A DNA stretch of 64,000 nt, taken from assembly GCA_024137785.1 (NCBI GenBank), contig JAHRHZ010000077.1:24592006-24656005 (forward strand), read 5' to 3'. This DNA is from Ginglymostoma cirratum (Eukaryota). The position numbers and the translations under genes were made by a program. The notes under the pieces are model-generated. The model ran no database searches. It was not told where the DNA came from and saw only the letters and a list, made by a program, of their open reading frames with translations. Positions 62,690-64,000 of this stretch are shown here, piece after piece. The number at the start of each line of letters is the position of its first letter. The first letter of the stretch is position 1.

Positions 62690-64000
62690 AGTCAAGATTA
62701 ATGGCTCTTTACGTAAATGTACATGGTATTTAGAATAAAACATATTAACAGTAGCATAGACAGAACTTAATGGAGAGACAGCTACATTAGTGACGGCTGG
62801 GATGAGACGAAATCTGGGAACTAAATACTCAGGCATATGTGACTTTTTGAAAAGTCAGGCAGGAAGGACAGAAAGAATGGTGAGGTGATTTTGTTCGTAG
62901 AAAATTAAACAAAGTACCATAGCAATAGATGATGTTGAATTGGAAGATGTAGAATCTCAATTAACAGAGGAAAGAACTAACAAGTGGATAGGGAGTCAAT
63001 TGTGGGACTAGTCAATAGCCACCCACCCCTCAACAATAATTAAACTGTAGGACAGAGAATAAGTCAGGAGATAATGAAGGCATGTAAAAAATACAGTACA
63101 TTAATCAAAACGAAACTTTGATTATTCCAGTCAATGTGAATATTAGCCACAAGGAAGAATACACAGACCGTATTCAGGACAGTTTCCTACAATGTTATGC
63201 CGTGGAGCTAAAAAAAACTGGCTATTTTGGATCTCGTAACAAGGTGAAATGAGGCAGTTTTATTAATGATCTCAGAGTAAACGATCCGCTAGGAAACAGT
63301 GACCACAGCATTCAGATTGAGAAGGAGAAACATGATTCAGTAAAAACTGTGCCAAACTTAAAAGAGGGTAATTGCAAAGGAATGCGGGCAAAGCTGGCTG
63401 GAGTGGAAAAGACAGTTCTTAAACAATTCATGAAAATACTTCATGACTCACAACCAAGATATATCATAGTGAGAGAGGAGGATTCTAGGAAGGGAATAAA
63501 CTATGGTTAACCAGAAATTAGGGATGGTATCAAATGACATAAAAACAGACAATGTGAAGAAATTAATGTGAAAGAAGAGGATTGCAAAAGTTTTAAAAAC
63601 CAACAATATGTAACAAAAAATTCAGAAGTAAATTATAAGGATCAACTAGCAAGTAATATGAAAATGGATATTAAGAGTTTCTTTAAATATATAAAAGGGA
63701 AGGGAGAGGCCAAAATGAAGATAGAAAATCAGGCTAAGGAAGTAATAATGAGGAACCAGCAGACAGCAGATGTGATGAAAAAATACTTTGCAACAGTCTT
63801 TAGAAGACAATATTAGCATTCCAAAAATACTAAATAATCAAGGGGCAAAAGGAGGAAACACATACAACAACTGTCACCAGAGAAAAAAGTACTGGGGAAA
63901 CTAACAGAGCCAGAGGCCAATAAGTCCTTTACATCTGATGGGTTGTATCCAGGCAGCTTATCTGAACGGTGATGTACTGGCATTGTTGAGGTTAGTTAGC
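62690..64000 (+). mobile_element. Degraded CR1-type LINE ORF2 5' part (APE and linker)
   Basis: PLGNSDHS, LASNMKMDIKSFFKYIKGK, KVLGKLTE...SDGLYP remnants. Confidence 0.75.

Noticed and set aside
59867-64000. Further upstream DPY19L1 exons
   Set aside because: None recognised; the region is unique intron, PLE and CR1 remnants, so the gene probably continues beyond the window.

Overview
Eukaryotic, repeat-rich genomic DNA, most likely a cartilaginous fish (shark), judged from HE1-type V-SINEs, CR1/HER1-type LINEs, DeuSINE remnants and abundant Penelope-like elements (PLEs). Two convergent spliced genes can be read directly. (1) Six internal exons of BMPER/crossveinless-2 (VWC repeats) on + at 16345-37833. 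(2) The last seven exons of a DPY19L1-type C-mannosyltransferase on - at 59866 down to the stop at 42013. The 3' half of BMPER (rest of the VWC array, VWD, TIL) is not found in the ~4 kb before the DPY19L1 3' end; a 10-N gap beside a minisatellite sits in that interval. The most notable non-genic signals are minimal hammerhead-ribozyme motifs (CUGANGA...GAAAC-GUH) in the terminal repeats of two PLE families, and a recurring PLE insertion architecture: two inverted arms, only one carrying a ~34-nt tail, usually inside 15-16-bp target-site duplications (TSDs). Assembly gaps: 27751-27951, 38750-38759, 61005-61404. Repeat boundaries are approximate. Family names and human comparisons are from recall, not from a database search.
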